From the IMG/VR virus record IMGVR_UViG_3300036985_007703, positions 64,001 to 128,000 of that record: a stretch of 64,000 bases of DNA. The stretch is one strand, 5' to 3'. Shown piece after piece: positions 19,935 to 29,371 of this stretch. This DNA is from a virus. Every line of letters starts with the position of its first letter. Position 1 is the stretch's first letter. The notes under the pieces are model-generated. The model did no database searches. It was not told the DNA's origin and saw nothing but the letters and a program-made list of their open reading frames with translations. A program made the position numbers and the translations under genes.

Positions 19935-20990
19935 TCAGTCCAGCGGTACGGGGTTGCCGTCATTCGGCAACAACAGATCGCCGAACACGAAGAAATCGAA
20001 GGTCGCTGTCGGTAGATACTCGCCCGTCGCCATCGACTGGGGGATGTACCAGAGATCCTCGCGCCGCCCGAACCACCCCGCAATCGCGCCGAACGCACTG
20101 ACCCCCACGCGCGTCGCGATCCAATTACCCCCGCCGTCGACCGTCTGCGTGTAGTCCAACTGGCCCAGCGCCGCCCGCTCGTAGTAGTTGTTCGCGAACC
20201 CCGTCGTCTCGGAGGTGTTGGCCACGTGGACCTTGTAATCGCCCATCCGTGTGACCATGCGATCGAGATTGTCCGTCTGTCCCGCCCCGTCGAACGACCC
20301 CGAACGATAGTATGGCCCTGCCACCTGCGCGATGTACGGCTTATCCCACCACGCCCGGCGCCCCGCTGTGGCCGACAGCTCGAAGCACCACACGTAATTC
20401 AGATAGTGATCCGCCCCCTCATGCTGCGTCATGAGGATCCGCGTCATCGTGTGATCGGTGGTCCACAGGCAGTTGACCCCTACGGTGCCATAACTGCCGT
20501 AACACGCCGATCGGTAGTATGCGTACTCCCACTTATCCATAATCAGGTGCTCGTCACTCGCCGTGGGCCGCGTCGTCGTCGAGCCCCCCGTGAACCCTCC
20601 GCCCCACGAGTCCACGAGCGTCATGTAGTGCGACTGGTTCACCGTCGCATTACACGCGATGCAGATCTGATACCCGTTTCCACTCGCGTTGATCGCCGTG
20701 TTCCGCAGCACGATCCACGAGAAATACCCGCCCGTCGTCTCGGTCCAGCGCACCGCCACAGCATCCGGCCAACGGTCCACGCCATCCATGCCGCTGGCCC
20801 ACGCCGCCCCCACGTAGCCGCAACTGCCCACGACGGTCCACCCCGCGCCGAGCAGCAGCGTCTTGATGGCCCACATGTTCGCGCGGTGCCCCGGCGAGAA
20901 GTTCGTCTGCCCCGCCTGCGCCGGGGGCACGTCCGCCAGCGTCACCTGGCGGTACGCCCGCTGCCACGTCTTGACCTTCGTGATCGCCAT
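19935..20990 (-). CDS. Paralog family protein P4
   Basis: 351 aa starting MAITKVKTW, with family motifs. Confidence 0.75.
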   Translation of the reverse strand: MAITKVKTWQRAYRQVTLADVPPAQAGQTNFSPGHRANMWAIKTLLLGAGWTVVGSCGYVGAAWASGMDGVDRWPDAVAVRWTETTGGYFSWIVLRNTAINASGNGYQICIACNATVNQSHYMTLVDSWGGGFTGGSTTTRPTASDEHLIMDKWEYAYYRSACYGSYGTVGVNCLWTTDHTMTRILMTQHEGADHYLNYVWCFELSATAGRRAWWDKPYIAQVAGPYYRSGSFDGAGQTDNLDRMVTRMGDYKVHVANTSETTGFANNYYERAALGQLDYTQTVDGGGNWIATRVGVSAFGAIAGWFGRREDLWYIPQSMATGEYLPTATFDFFVFGDLLLPNDGNPVPLD

Positions 20991-20993
20991 CGC

Positions 20994-21956
20994 CTACACC
21001 TCGAAGCCCAGGCCGCGCAGGGCCACGTGGACCGTCACGGGGGTGGCCCCCGCGTTGCTGACCCGCCAGTAGAGGGTGCCCCCCGTGAGCCCCTCGATCC
21101 CCGCCGGGTTGCGGTCCACCCAGGGGCCGTCCACCGCCGGGTTCCACCGCGCCTCGACCCCCGCGTAGCCGATCTGGTAGAGCAGGGTCGGCCCGCCCGT
21201 GAAGGCCGCGTCCCCCAGCTCGATGTCGACCGCCTCGGAGGCCCCCGCTGTCACCGTCGCCACGAGGCTGTAGAGGACTCCCTCGCCCACCCCGATGACG
21301 ACCGCCCCCAGCGCCACCTCGCCGTTCGGCACGGCCGCCTCGAACGTCGCCGCCCAGCGCCGCGCATGCAGGTCCCCGTCGTCCAGGTGCTCGCGCACCT
21401 CCTGGGCCATCGACACGTGGGCGGTGCCCCCATCGCTGGAGAGCCCGCGCGCCCAGATCGCCTCCGTCGCCACGCCGCCCCCCGCGTGCGAGAAGAGCCG
21501 CGCGGTCTCCCCGACCGTCAGGACGCTCGCGTTCCACCACGCGATCGAGGAGTCCGCCCGCACGTAACCCAGCACGCGGTAGTCCGCCTCGATGGGCACC
21601 CCGTTCTGCCGCAGCTCCAGGGCCGTCGTCGCCGCGGCCCGCGCCCCGCTCGTCACGCGCACCACCACGACCCACCCCGGCACGAGGGCCAGGGGGCTCG
21701 CATAGCCGATGGTCACCTGCGTCTGGTAGGTGCGGCTCAGCGCGATGCAGGGCCCCAGCAGGCGCAGCTGATAGCCGCCCCCCGCAGCCTCGATCGTCGC
21801 CTCGGGCAGCGCCACGAAGGTCCACGCGTTGGCCTCCAGCCCCCCCAGCATGGCCGTGTCGATGCTCGTCGCGAAGTCCTGGAAGACCTCCCACCAGCTC
21901 TCCGCCGTGCTGCCCGGATAGGGGAACCTGAACCGCGGGGTCTCCTGGCGCGCCAT
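20994..21956 (-). CDS. Tail protein with shared N-terminal module (A2)
   Basis: The first ~160 aa are highly similar to those of 25130..26644 (RQETPRF..PYP..TA.SWWE.FQDFA.SIDT...), then a GGG linker and an unrelated C-terminus. Confidence 0.75.
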   Translation of the reverse strand: MARQETPRFRFPYPGSTAESWWEVFQDFATSIDTAMLGGLEANAWTFVALPEATIEAAGGGYQLRLLGPCIALSRTYQTQVTIGYASPLALVPGWVVVVRVTSGARAAATTALELRQNGVPIEADYRVLGYVRADSSIAWWNASVLTVGETARLFSHAGGGVATEAIWARGLSSDGGTAHVSMAQEVREHLDDGDLHARRWAATFEAAVPNGEVALGAVVIGVGEGVLYSLVATVTAGASEAVDIELGDAAFTGGPTLLYQIGYAGVEARWNPAVDGPWVDRNPAGIEGLTGGTLYWRVSNAGATPVTVHVALRGLGFEV

Positions 21957-21957
21957 C

Positions 21958-22143
21958 CTAGTCTCCCGGCTCCTCGACCCTCGTGAGGATCCCGCCGTAG
22001 CCCCCCGCCTGGTTGATCGTCAGCTCGACGAGGATCGGGGATCCCCCCCCCGTGTCCGTGGGGTCGTTGGCGATGGTCTGGATCTGCTCCAAGGGGAGAT
22101 CATCCAGCCACGCACTAGGGATCCAACTGGTCCGATTAGCCAT
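21958..22143 (-). CDS. Small cassette partner protein s1
   Basis: 61 aa, RBS GGAGG, fills the gap exactly; same position in the cassette as s2 and s3. Confidence 0.6.
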   Translation of the reverse strand: MANRTSWIPSAWLDDLPLEQIQTIANDPTDTGGGSPILVELTINQAGGYGGILTRVEEPGD

Positions 22144-22152
22144 CGCCACCTC

Positions 22153-23061
22153 CTACAACGTGAGCGCCGTGCCGTCGTTGCCCAACACGAGGTTGCCGAT
22201 CACGATCTGCTGCCGCGAGCCATCCCCCGGAAAGGCATCGCCCACAGCCAGCGAGGCCAGGACAAACCACAGGTCCTGGAGATGTCCAAGGTGCCCATGC
22301 CGGGGCACCCCAGAGCACTGGATCTGCGCGTAATCCACTGGCCAGGATCCCTGGTTGTCTCCCGCAGCGCCGGCCATGGACGCACTGAGGCGATGCCACA
22401 CGTAGTGCGACATCCGGTTGGACCCCACGATCGCTTGGCTCGCACTGCTGCCGAAGTCAGCATACACCCCGCTCCCCAAGCTCATCAGCACGAAGTTCGG
22501 CGCGGTGTACCACGGCTGGACCGTGTGCGGCCGATCGAAGATCATGAACCCCGTCACCGTCGTCGGCCCCATGAAGATCCGCGTGCACTGGTAGTCCGAT
22601 GAGCTGAACACGTTGGCGGACACCGTCGTCGCGGCCACGTAGGTCTTCCACCCGATGGCCGCCTGCTTGTACCCGAACGTCGAGGTCGGCGCGTTCGTCA
22701 GGGATCCCCCCGTGAAGCCCACCAGCGAGAACGTGCAGTCGCAATAGATCGCGCTCGACGCCGAGGTGAAGTTCCAGAGCACCTGGAACCCCGTCGCAAT
22801 GTGGTCGTTCTGGAGCAGCACCCAGGAGTGGTTGATGCCCTCCGCCGCCGGCACGAGGTGCGCGGGATCATCCGCCGTGATGCGGTCCCCCGCGCCCGCG
22901 GAATCCACGCCGTTGCTCGTCGCCACGCAGGCCCACCCGCAGTTGGCCACGAGGTGCTTGTAGATGCGCTCGAACAGGATCCGCGCGGCGTTTTCCGCCG
23001 TCGACCCCGTGGCGGTCAGCCGCGTCTTCGCCCAGGTCTTGGCGTTGGAAATCTCAGCCAT
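22153..23061 (-). CDS. Paralog family protein P3
   Basis: Start reassigned to ATG 23061 (MAEISNAKTW). Motifs HSWVLL.N, GFTGG....PT, GHLQDLWF, GDAFPGDGSRQ. Confidence 0.75.
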   Translation of the reverse strand: MAEISNAKTWAKTRLTATGSTAENAARILFERIYKHLVANCGWACVATSNGVDSAGAGDRITADDPAHLVPAAEGINHSWVLLQNDHIATGFQVLWNFTSASSAIYCDCTFSLVGFTGGSLTNAPTSTFGYKQAAIGWKTYVAATTVSANVFSSSDYQCTRIFMGPTTVTGFMIFDRPHTVQPWYTAPNFVLMSLGSGVYADFGSSASQAIVGSNRMSHYVWHRLSASMAGAAGDNQGSWPVDYAQIQCSGVPRHGHLGHLQDLWFVLASLAVGDAFPGDGSRQQIVIGNLVLGNDGTALTL

Positions 23062-24100
23062 TGAACACCTTGATCGTCCCGTCGCCACCCCACAGGAAGT
23101 CACCGTACGCAAACCACCCCAAGTCGAGCGTCGGCGATGGCAGGTAGTAGAACGCGGTGATCACGCTCTGCGAGTTGCCCCCCGCGCGCCACCGGAACTG
23201 ATAGGGGTGGAAGTAGATGTCGTACAGCTGCCCCACGATCCCCTTGATCGTCGCGTGTAGCGAGTATGGGCAGACCGGCTCCAACAAAACCTTCCCCGTG
23301 TAATCCGCACGATCCGCGAAGGCGTTCCGCAACGTAGACAACGCCATGGTCACGGGGATTGCCGCCGTGTGATAGCACCGCCCCACGCACTGCCCAGAAC
23401 TGTAGTACGTCCAATCGGAGGACCCCGGCGTCCGCCCCACTCCATCGCTGGACAGGAAGTTCCACACGGTCCCCGTCGTCGACGTGGGGTACAGGATCAC
23501 GAGGTAGGGCACCGTGAGCCACGGCACGGGGTCGCGCAGCCGCTCGAACATCCACGGCCCGCAGTGCCCCGTAGCCACGCCATCGGGGTTCTGCCACAGC
23601 ACGCGCGTGCACTCCCCATCCGAGGAGATCAGCAGGATCGCGCTGAGCGCCGAGGTCGTCGCGTTGAAGACATCGAGGTTGGTCGTGATCGTCTGCTCGC
23701 TCCCCACCGCCGTGGGGCGCGTCGTCAGCGTGCCGTTGCTGTTGTAGCCCTGGTGCGTGACGTACGTGCACATGTACTGCTTGTTCGTGGCCGTCGCGTT
23801 GATCCACTCGAAGCACACCGAGAAGTCCGGCGCGATGGCCGAGTTCTTGAGCACGATCCACGAGTGGGCGGTCCCCGCCGCCGCGCAGTAGATGTCCGCC
23901 GGCACCTGGAGGTAGTCGGTCAGCAACCCCACGGAGACCCGGTTGCTCGACGCCACCACGCTCCAATGCCCCGTCGCCACCATCGCGTTCTTGACGCCGA
24001 TGAAGGCCATGGCCCACGTGTCACCAATCGTCGGCGCCGTCACCCCGCGATAGGGGCCCAAACTGATCGACTCCCACGTCTTGGCCAAGGTCAGCGCCAT
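23054..24100 (-). CDS. Paralog family protein P2
   Basis: MALTLAKTW; TGATG overlap with P1; motifs HSWIVLKN, RPTA.G.E, GQLYDIY. Confidence 0.75.
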   Translation of the reverse strand: MALTLAKTWESISLGPYRGVTAPTIGDTWAMAFIGVKNAMVATGHWSVVASSNRVSVGLLTDYLQVPADIYCAAAGTAHSWIVLKNSAIAPDFSVCFEWINATATNKQYMCTYVTHQGYNSNGTLTTRPTAVGSEQTITTNLDVFNATTSALSAILLISSDGECTRVLWQNPDGVATGHCGPWMFERLRDPVPWLTVPYLVILYPTSTTGTVWNFLSSDGVGRTPGSSDWTYYSSGQCVGRCYHTAAIPVTMALSTLRNAFADRADYTGKVLLEPVCPYSLHATIKGIVGQLYDIYFHPYQFRWRAGGNSQSVITAFYYLPSPTLDLGWFAYGDFLWGGDGTIKVFNG

Positions 24101-25119
24101 CAAAACACCTCAACGATCGCGTCCGGGCACCCCGTCGCCATGCTGCCCAACTTGATGAGCCCCCGCGCGTTCCCCACGGTCGGATACCGCATGCAGTTGA
24201 TGTGGTGGAGCGGCGCTGCAAACAGGTCGGCGGCCCGCCCTAAGATCCCCACGGCCTGCCCGCTCTCCCCCAGGAAAAACATGGGATAAAAGTCAACCGA
24301 CCCGTTAGTCGCGGCCCCCGCGTGGCGCACCGTGCGGCAGAACCACCGCGCCGACAGGTTCCCGCGCCCCATGTTGGTGCTGAGGACCATCACGCACGAG
24401 ACTCCCTTCACGATCGCCCGCGCATAGAGGTTGGAATCGCTCACCGTCTGATAGGACCATCCCCCCAGTGACCCCGACTGCGCCTGGTAGACGCAGAGGA
24501 CAAAGGGGTTCGTCCACGCGTCATCCGGGTTCAATGGCCGCTCGATCATGATCACTGCGCCCCCGTAGGCGCTGTACGACCCAAAATTGTCCCCGCAGTA
24601 TCCATTCATCGTCGTGAACAGCCGGAAGCACTGGGCATCCGCCGAATAGAGCAGCGTGGTCCCGTAACTGTACTGCTGGGGATCGAAGAACACCTTGTCC
24701 GCCAGCAGCGCCTCGACCCCCGCCGCCGTGGGCCGCACCTGGTAGGTGCCGTCCGTGTTGTACCCGCTGGGGCAGGCCCCGAAGTTCGCGTTGCCCTTGT
24801 TCGTGTTGTTCGTCGCGGGGCCATAATCCAAGAGGATCTGAAACCCCGCCAGGAATCCCACGTTGCTGAGCACCGCCCACGCGTGCGCCACGCCGGCGAG
24901 GCCGTACAGCAGGTCCGCGCGGGTCGCCCAGTGGTCCCCGCTGCCCGTGCCGCCGGGCGTCCCATTGCTGCTCTGCTCGACGACCCACCCGGCCCCCACG
25001 AGGAGGTTCTTGTAGGCCAGCATCGTAGACGCCGTGCGCATCTGGACCGTGGTGTCGGTGAAGTAGTCAATCGGCGTCGCCGCCGTGAGCCAGGTCTTCT
25101 TGAGCGTGATCTGGGGCAC
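24100..25119 (-). CDS. Paralog family protein P1
   Basis: 339 aa; ITLKKTW, GWVV..SSNG, HAW.VL.N, GYN.DGT...RPTA.G.E as in P2. Confidence 0.75.
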   Translation of the reverse strand: MPQITLKKTWLTAATPIDYFTDTTVQMRTASTMLAYKNLLVGAGWVVEQSSNGTPGGTGSGDHWATRADLLYGLAGVAHAWAVLSNVGFLAGFQILLDYGPATNNTNKGNANFGACPSGYNTDGTYQVRPTAAGVEALLADKVFFDPQQYSYGTTLLYSADAQCFRLFTTMNGYCGDNFGSYSAYGGAVIMIERPLNPDDAWTNPFVLCVYQAQSGSLGGWSYQTVSDSNLYARAIVKGVSCVMVLSTNMGRGNLSARWFCRTVRHAGAATNGSVDFYPMFFLGESGQAVGILGRAADLFAAPLHHINCMRYPTVGNARGLIKLGSMATGCPDAIVEVF

Positions 25120-25129
25120 CGCCTACCTC

Positions 25130-26644
25130 CTACTTGTTGTAGACCGCCCAGCCGATCGAGAGGCCCGCCTGCCCCGTCACGGTCACGCGCATGGTGTCAT
25201 CCCCATCGTTGATCGCCAGCGCGATGTCCCAGTCCGCCGTGCCCCCACTGGCGTCCGTCTGATCGACCACGGTGTAGGTCGGCGTCACGCGCACCCACGA
25301 GGAGACCCCCGCGAGGGTCCGCGTCGCCACCGCCCGGATCTCCCAGACCTTCGTCTTGTCGGTGATCGCCTCGCGGGCCACCGCCGTCAGCGCGAACGAG
25401 GTCACCGAGTTGCCGGTCAGCGCGTACCGCGTCGTGGGCACCCCTCCGAGGAAGATCTCCGTCGGCGTGTTGCTCCCCGTGACGCCCGACCAGCAGAGGG
25501 ACCCCGCGCCGATGTACGCCTTGTTGATCGCGTCGATGAGCGAGCTGCACGCGAAGATGAAGTCCAGGACCCCCGTGTTCGTCATGGGCAAGTTGGTCAC
25601 CGGCCCAAACCCGCCCGTGTAGCGCCCATCCTCAAGCGTCAACTCGCCGTCGGCCTTGAGGGCCATCGCCCCGCCCGCCGTGAGGTCCAGCGTGGTCCCC
25701 GCTGCCACCGCGAGCGCGGCATCCGAGTAGACGTCCCGCGTGCCCGTGCCCCCCAGTTGGAGCGCGTGCCCCGTCGCATCGTCGTTCGTGACCTTGACGG
25801 GCTCCCCACCATCGGGGATCACGATCTCGTGGCCCAGGTCATAGGCCTCCTGCAGCGAGCCCCCGCCCCGCTGGAGCTTCCAGCGCCAATGCAGCAAGTC
25901 GGGGTCGTTCAGGAAGACCGCGTCTAGCAGGTCCGCCCGCACATAGGCCGCCCAGCCCTCCACCGCGTGCTCGTGCTCCCATGCGGTGCCCGTCCACTCC
26001 ACGATGTCGTTGACCAGGGCCTCGGCCCCCCACCCCGCATGCACGGGGGCCGCCGCGTAATCGAGGATGTACCGATCCCCCACCGTCGGGCCCACCGGCG
26101 GCGCCGCCGTGGGGTCCACGATCGCCAGCACGCCGGGGCGCCGCACGCTGACCTCGCCCCCGCCCCCGCCCGCGAAGGCGAAGAGCTGGCGCGTCTCCCC
26201 CGGCGCGAGGACGCTCGCGTTCCACCACGCGATACTGTAGTCGTCGAGGACGCAGCCCAACACGCGATAGTCGGGGTTGACCGGCACGCCGTTCTGCCAC
26301 AGCTCCAGGGCCGTCTCCGCACTCGCCTTGGCCCCGCTCGTCACGCGGGCCACCACCATCCACGCCGGCGTCAGCGCCAGGGGCGTCGCGTGCGCGATCG
26401 TCAGGTAGCTCTGGAAGGTGCGGCTCGCCACCACGCAGGGGCCCAGCAGGCGCAGCTGATAGCCACCCCCCGCGGCCTCGATCGTCGCCTCCGGCAGGGC
26501 CACGAAGGCCCAGGCGTTGCCCTCCATGACCCCCAGGAAGGTCGTGTCGATGCTCAGCGCGAAGTCCTGGAAGGTCTCCCACCAGCTCTGCGCCGTGTCC
26601 GTGGGGTAGGGCAGCTTGAACCGTGGGGTCTCCTGGCGTGACAT
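25130..26644 (-). CDS. Baseplate-proximal tail protein with shared N-terminal module (A1) and a DUF2793-like segment
   Basis: Directly follows the baseplate J/gp6 gene. PP..P..GDRYIL...WG....NDIVEWTGTAW...EGWAAYV resembles DUF2793-type fibre modules. Confidence 0.7.
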   Translation of the reverse strand: MSRQETPRFKLPYPTDTAQSWWETFQDFALSIDTTFLGVMEGNAWAFVALPEATIEAAGGGYQLRLLGPCVVASRTFQSYLTIAHATPLALTPAWMVVARVTSGAKASAETALELWQNGVPVNPDYRVLGCVLDDYSIAWWNASVLAPGETRQLFAFAGGGGGEVSVRRPGVLAIVDPTAAPPVGPTVGDRYILDYAAAPVHAGWGAEALVNDIVEWTGTAWEHEHAVEGWAAYVRADLLDAVFLNDPDLLHWRWKLQRGGGSLQEAYDLGHEIVIPDGGEPVKVTNDDATGHALQLGGTGTRDVYSDAALAVAAGTTLDLTAGGAMALKADGELTLEDGRYTGGFGPVTNLPMTNTGVLDFIFACSSLIDAINKAYIGAGSLCWSGVTGSNTPTEIFLGGVPTTRYALTGNSVTSFALTAVAREAITDKTKVWEIRAVATRTLAGVSSWVRVTPTYTVVDQTDASGGTADWDIALAINDGDDTMRVTVTGQAGLSIGWAVYNK

Positions 26645-28771
26645 TTACTTGATCTCGCTGAGCGCGAGCGTCCCGCGCTTGATGATGTAGCTCGCCGGGG
26701 TCATCACGTTGCCGTCCACGTCCACGAAGCCCTCGTGGCCCGGCGCCGCCAGCGTCACGTTCGCGTAATCCATGCCCTTCGTCGCCGCCTTGATGATGTC
26801 ATGCACGGTCTGCTTGTAGAGGGGCTGGTTGAAGTCGCGCCCCCGCAAGACCTCCAGCAGCGCCTGCTCGATGTCCGCGAGCACCTCGGCCGCCACGTAG
26901 CTCGGCAGCACCTTGACCGCCACCGCCACGTCCACCGGCACGAGCATCGCGCTGCCGTCCGTCACCTGCACGAGCTGCGTGACCTCCTTGATCCCGTCGA
27001 TGTAGGCCTGCATCCCGTAGATGAGGCCCGCCGCCGGCGCCACGTAGTCCCCGTCCCCGTTCACGCTCACGATGGGGACCTGCACGTAGTTCGCCTTGCA
27101 GTCCGCATCGAACAGCGTCGAGAGGTGCGCTTGGAGGTCGACGAGCACCGCGAGGATGTCCGCCTGGAGCTGCGCCGCGCTCCCCGGCAGGGGCGCGATG
27201 GCCTCGGCCGCGTTGCCCACCGCCGTCACGGCCGTGCCCGCGAGGCCCAGCAGCGTGGTCAGGTACTGCGCCATCGTGACCTGGCCCTCGCCCGTCGGCG
27301 TGAGCAGCTGCTGCATGGCGAACCCATAACCGTCGAGCTTGGTCGCCGCCGCCCCGCCGTTGCTGAGGCTCGTGCTGATCGTGCCCCCCTGCGCCGCCAG
27401 CGTCCGCGAGTAGTTCGCCAGCGTCGTGTCGCTGGGGTAGGTGGCCTTGATGTAGTTGTCGAGGTCCGTCAGCGTCGTGCCCATCGCCTTATAGGCCGCG
27501 TCCCCCGTCGTCATCTCCACCTGGAGCTGCTGCGCCACCGCCCGCACGTTGGCCGCCTGGACCTCCAGGGCGCTCTTCAAGAACCCCATCTCGGCGAGAA
27601 GCCCCTGCATCTCCGCAAGGATGCCCTGCGCCGTGGCGATGTCCGCCGCCGCCGCCGCCTCGGCCGGCCCCACGAGCAGCAGGTAGTTCGCCAGGTAGCC
27701 ATCGATCTGCTCGCACTCCCCGACCAGGATCGCGTCCTCCTCGGAGGCCCGCACGTTGATCGCGTAGCCCTTCGCCACGCGCCCGTAGAGGGGGTCGCTG
27801 AACCCGTTGACCTGCGCCTGGTAGTCGGTCTGCGTGATGGCCGCCCCGCGCGCCGCAAAGGCGTAGGGGGCCAGCTTGCGGGCCTCATCCGGGGTCTCGG
27901 GGTCCGCCCCGCCGCTCGCCCCCAGCGGGTTCGTGCAGGCGATCTTGATGGCCGCCCCGCCGACGCTCAGCACGTCGGTCGCGCTCGCCACGGTGCCCGC
28001 CGCGGCCCGCCCCGTGGCCCCGTGGATCAGCGTGTACTGGATCTTCACATCCGACCCGGCCTCGGGGATGTTCCCCGCCACGCCATCCCCGCACGCCACG
28101 GCCGGGGGGTCGTAGAGGTAGTCCACCTCGTACTGGTTCGTCTGCGCAAAATCGAGGAAGTCGTTCTCGGCCCACTCCGCGCCGTCGATCCACACGCGCA
28201 CGCTCCCCTGCGCGACCCAGATCCCGTTCGCGGGGTCCCCGCCCTGCATGCGGAAGCGCTGGTTCTGCGCCCCGTCCCCCGTGTAGCCCACGGTCCGCGT
28301 GGTGCCCTCGCGGCACGCCACGGTGATCGTCGCGGTGCCCGGCGCGAGGAAGGTCGGCGCCACGGTCTCGAAGACCAGCCCCGAGGGCCCCGCGAAGCGG
28401 AACCCCGCCTGGAGCTGCGCGGGCGCCGGGATCGCCGGGGTGAACGTCAGGTCGAGGTCGACCGTCGCCGCTGCCGCGGGCCGCATCTTGTAGCCGACCT
28501 GCTTGACCAGCTTGGCCACCGCGGAGTGCGTGCGCGCCGTGTCGAGGTAGCAGTCGCTCGCCACGCGGTCCATGTACCAGCAGAGCTGCCCCACCGCGTT
28601 CGCCACGAGGTCGATGAGCATGATGCCCACGCTCGTCGAGGCGTAGTCGTTGTAGACGCTCACGTATTCGACCTTGAGCCGCCGCAGCAGGCTGTCGAAG
28701 ATCGAGGCGTAGTCCTTCGCCGCAAACTTTACGGCATTCAGAGGCTTGCGGTCCGCTACGGGGACTCCCAT
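26645..28771 (-). CDS. Baseplate wedge protein (T4 gp6 / P2 gpJ-like) with a helical insertion
   Basis: KDY.SI...L, YNDY..TSVG.MLIDL.A, YLDTART..AV.KL..QVGY, GDG..G.IP, N...ASGGADPET, A+T..DY motifs; adjacent to the gp25-like gene. Confidence 0.9.
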   Translation of the reverse strand: MGVPVADRKPLNAVKFAAKDYASIFDSLLRRLKVEYVSVYNDYASTSVGIMLIDLVANAVGQLCWYMDRVASDCYLDTARTHSAVAKLVKQVGYKMRPAAAATVDLDLTFTPAIPAPAQLQAGFRFAGPSGLVFETVAPTFLAPGTATITVACREGTTRTVGYTGDGAQNQRFRMQGGDPANGIWVAQGSVRVWIDGAEWAENDFLDFAQTNQYEVDYLYDPPAVACGDGVAGNIPEAGSDVKIQYTLIHGATGRAAAGTVASATDVLSVGGAAIKIACTNPLGASGGADPETPDEARKLAPYAFAARGAAITQTDYQAQVNGFSDPLYGRVAKGYAINVRASEEDAILVGECEQIDGYLANYLLLVGPAEAAAAADIATAQGILAEMQGLLAEMGFLKSALEVQAANVRAVAQQLQVEMTTGDAAYKAMGTTLTDLDNYIKATYPSDTTLANYSRTLAAQGGTISTSLSNGGAAATKLDGYGFAMQQLLTPTGEGQVTMAQYLTTLLGLAGTAVTAVGNAAEAIAPLPGSAAQLQADILAVLVDLQAHLSTLFDADCKANYVQVPIVSVNGDGDYVAPAAGLIYGMQAYIDGIKEVTQLVQVTDGSAMLVPVDVAVAVKVLPSYVAAEVLADIEQALLEVLRGRDFNQPLYKQTVHDIIKAATKGMDYANVTLAAPGHEGFVDVDGNVMTPASYIIKRGTLALSEIK

Positions 28772-28785
28772 CGCTCAGCTCCTTC

Positions 28786-29202
28786 TCACAGCCCGGTCGG
28801 GGCGCCCTGGATCGGCACCTGCTGCTGGTACACCTGGTTGTTGATCCGGTACACCACGTCGAGCACGATCGCCGTGTCCTCCAGGCCCACGTCCTTGCCT
28901 GTCCGCGCCTCGACTGACAATACCTCAGCGCGGGGCTCGAACAAAGCGATGGCCCGCGCCGTCACGGCCCCCACGCGCGCCTGCGTGAGCGGATCGAGGT
29001 TGTCAAAGACGAACGCCTGCACGCTCGTCCCGAGGGCCCCGCGCATCACGCGCTCCCCCACGCTCGTCGTCATGAGCGCCTTGATCGAGTTGAAGACCAC
29101 GGCGTCCAGCCCCTGCACCATCATCGGGAAGGCCTGGCTCCCCACCCGGAAGGGGTACGCGATGCTCCGCAGCACCATCGGCGTCGTCGTCGGCACCGGC
29201 AT
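28786..29202 (-). CDS. Baseplate wedge / sheath initiator (T4 gp25 / P2 gpW-like)
   Basis: SIK.L..TS.GERVMR..LGT.V..FVFD...AI..FEPR signature. Confidence 0.92.
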   Translation of the reverse strand: MPVPTTTPMVLRSIAYPFRVGSQAFPMMVQGLDAVVFNSIKALMTTSVGERVMRGALGTSVQAFVFDNLDPLTQARVGAVTARAIALFEPRAEVLSVEARTGKDVGLEDTAIVLDVVYRINNQVYQQQVPIQGAPTGL

Positions 29203-29360
29203 CAGACGGCCGCCTCGTCGGGGTCATCCAGGGGGCACGCCGGCAGCTTGGGCAGCTCCGGGATCTTGGGCAGCGCCGGGAGGTCGAAGGGGAGCCCCGG
29301 CATCGGGATCGCCAGCGCCGGCAGCGCCGGCAGGGGCGGGATCTTGCACTTGGTCGCCAT
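29202..29360 (-). CDS. 52-aa proline-rich protein between spike and gp25 (not in ORF track)
   Basis: MATKCKIPPLPALPALAIPMPGLPFDLPALPKIPELPKLPACPLDDPDEAAV; RBS GAGGAGG; TGATG coupling to gp25. Confidence 0.7.
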   Translation of the reverse strand: MATKCKIPPLPALPALAIPMPGLPFDLPALPKIPELPKLPACPLDDPDEAAV

Positions 29361-29371
29361 CGTCGTCCTCC

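Noticed and set aside
16301-26644. Diversity-generating retroelement or invertase shufflon behind the paralog array
   Set aside because: No reverse transcriptase, recombinase, inverted cassettes or adenine-specific TR/VR pair is visible in this window; all genes are co-oriented and intact.
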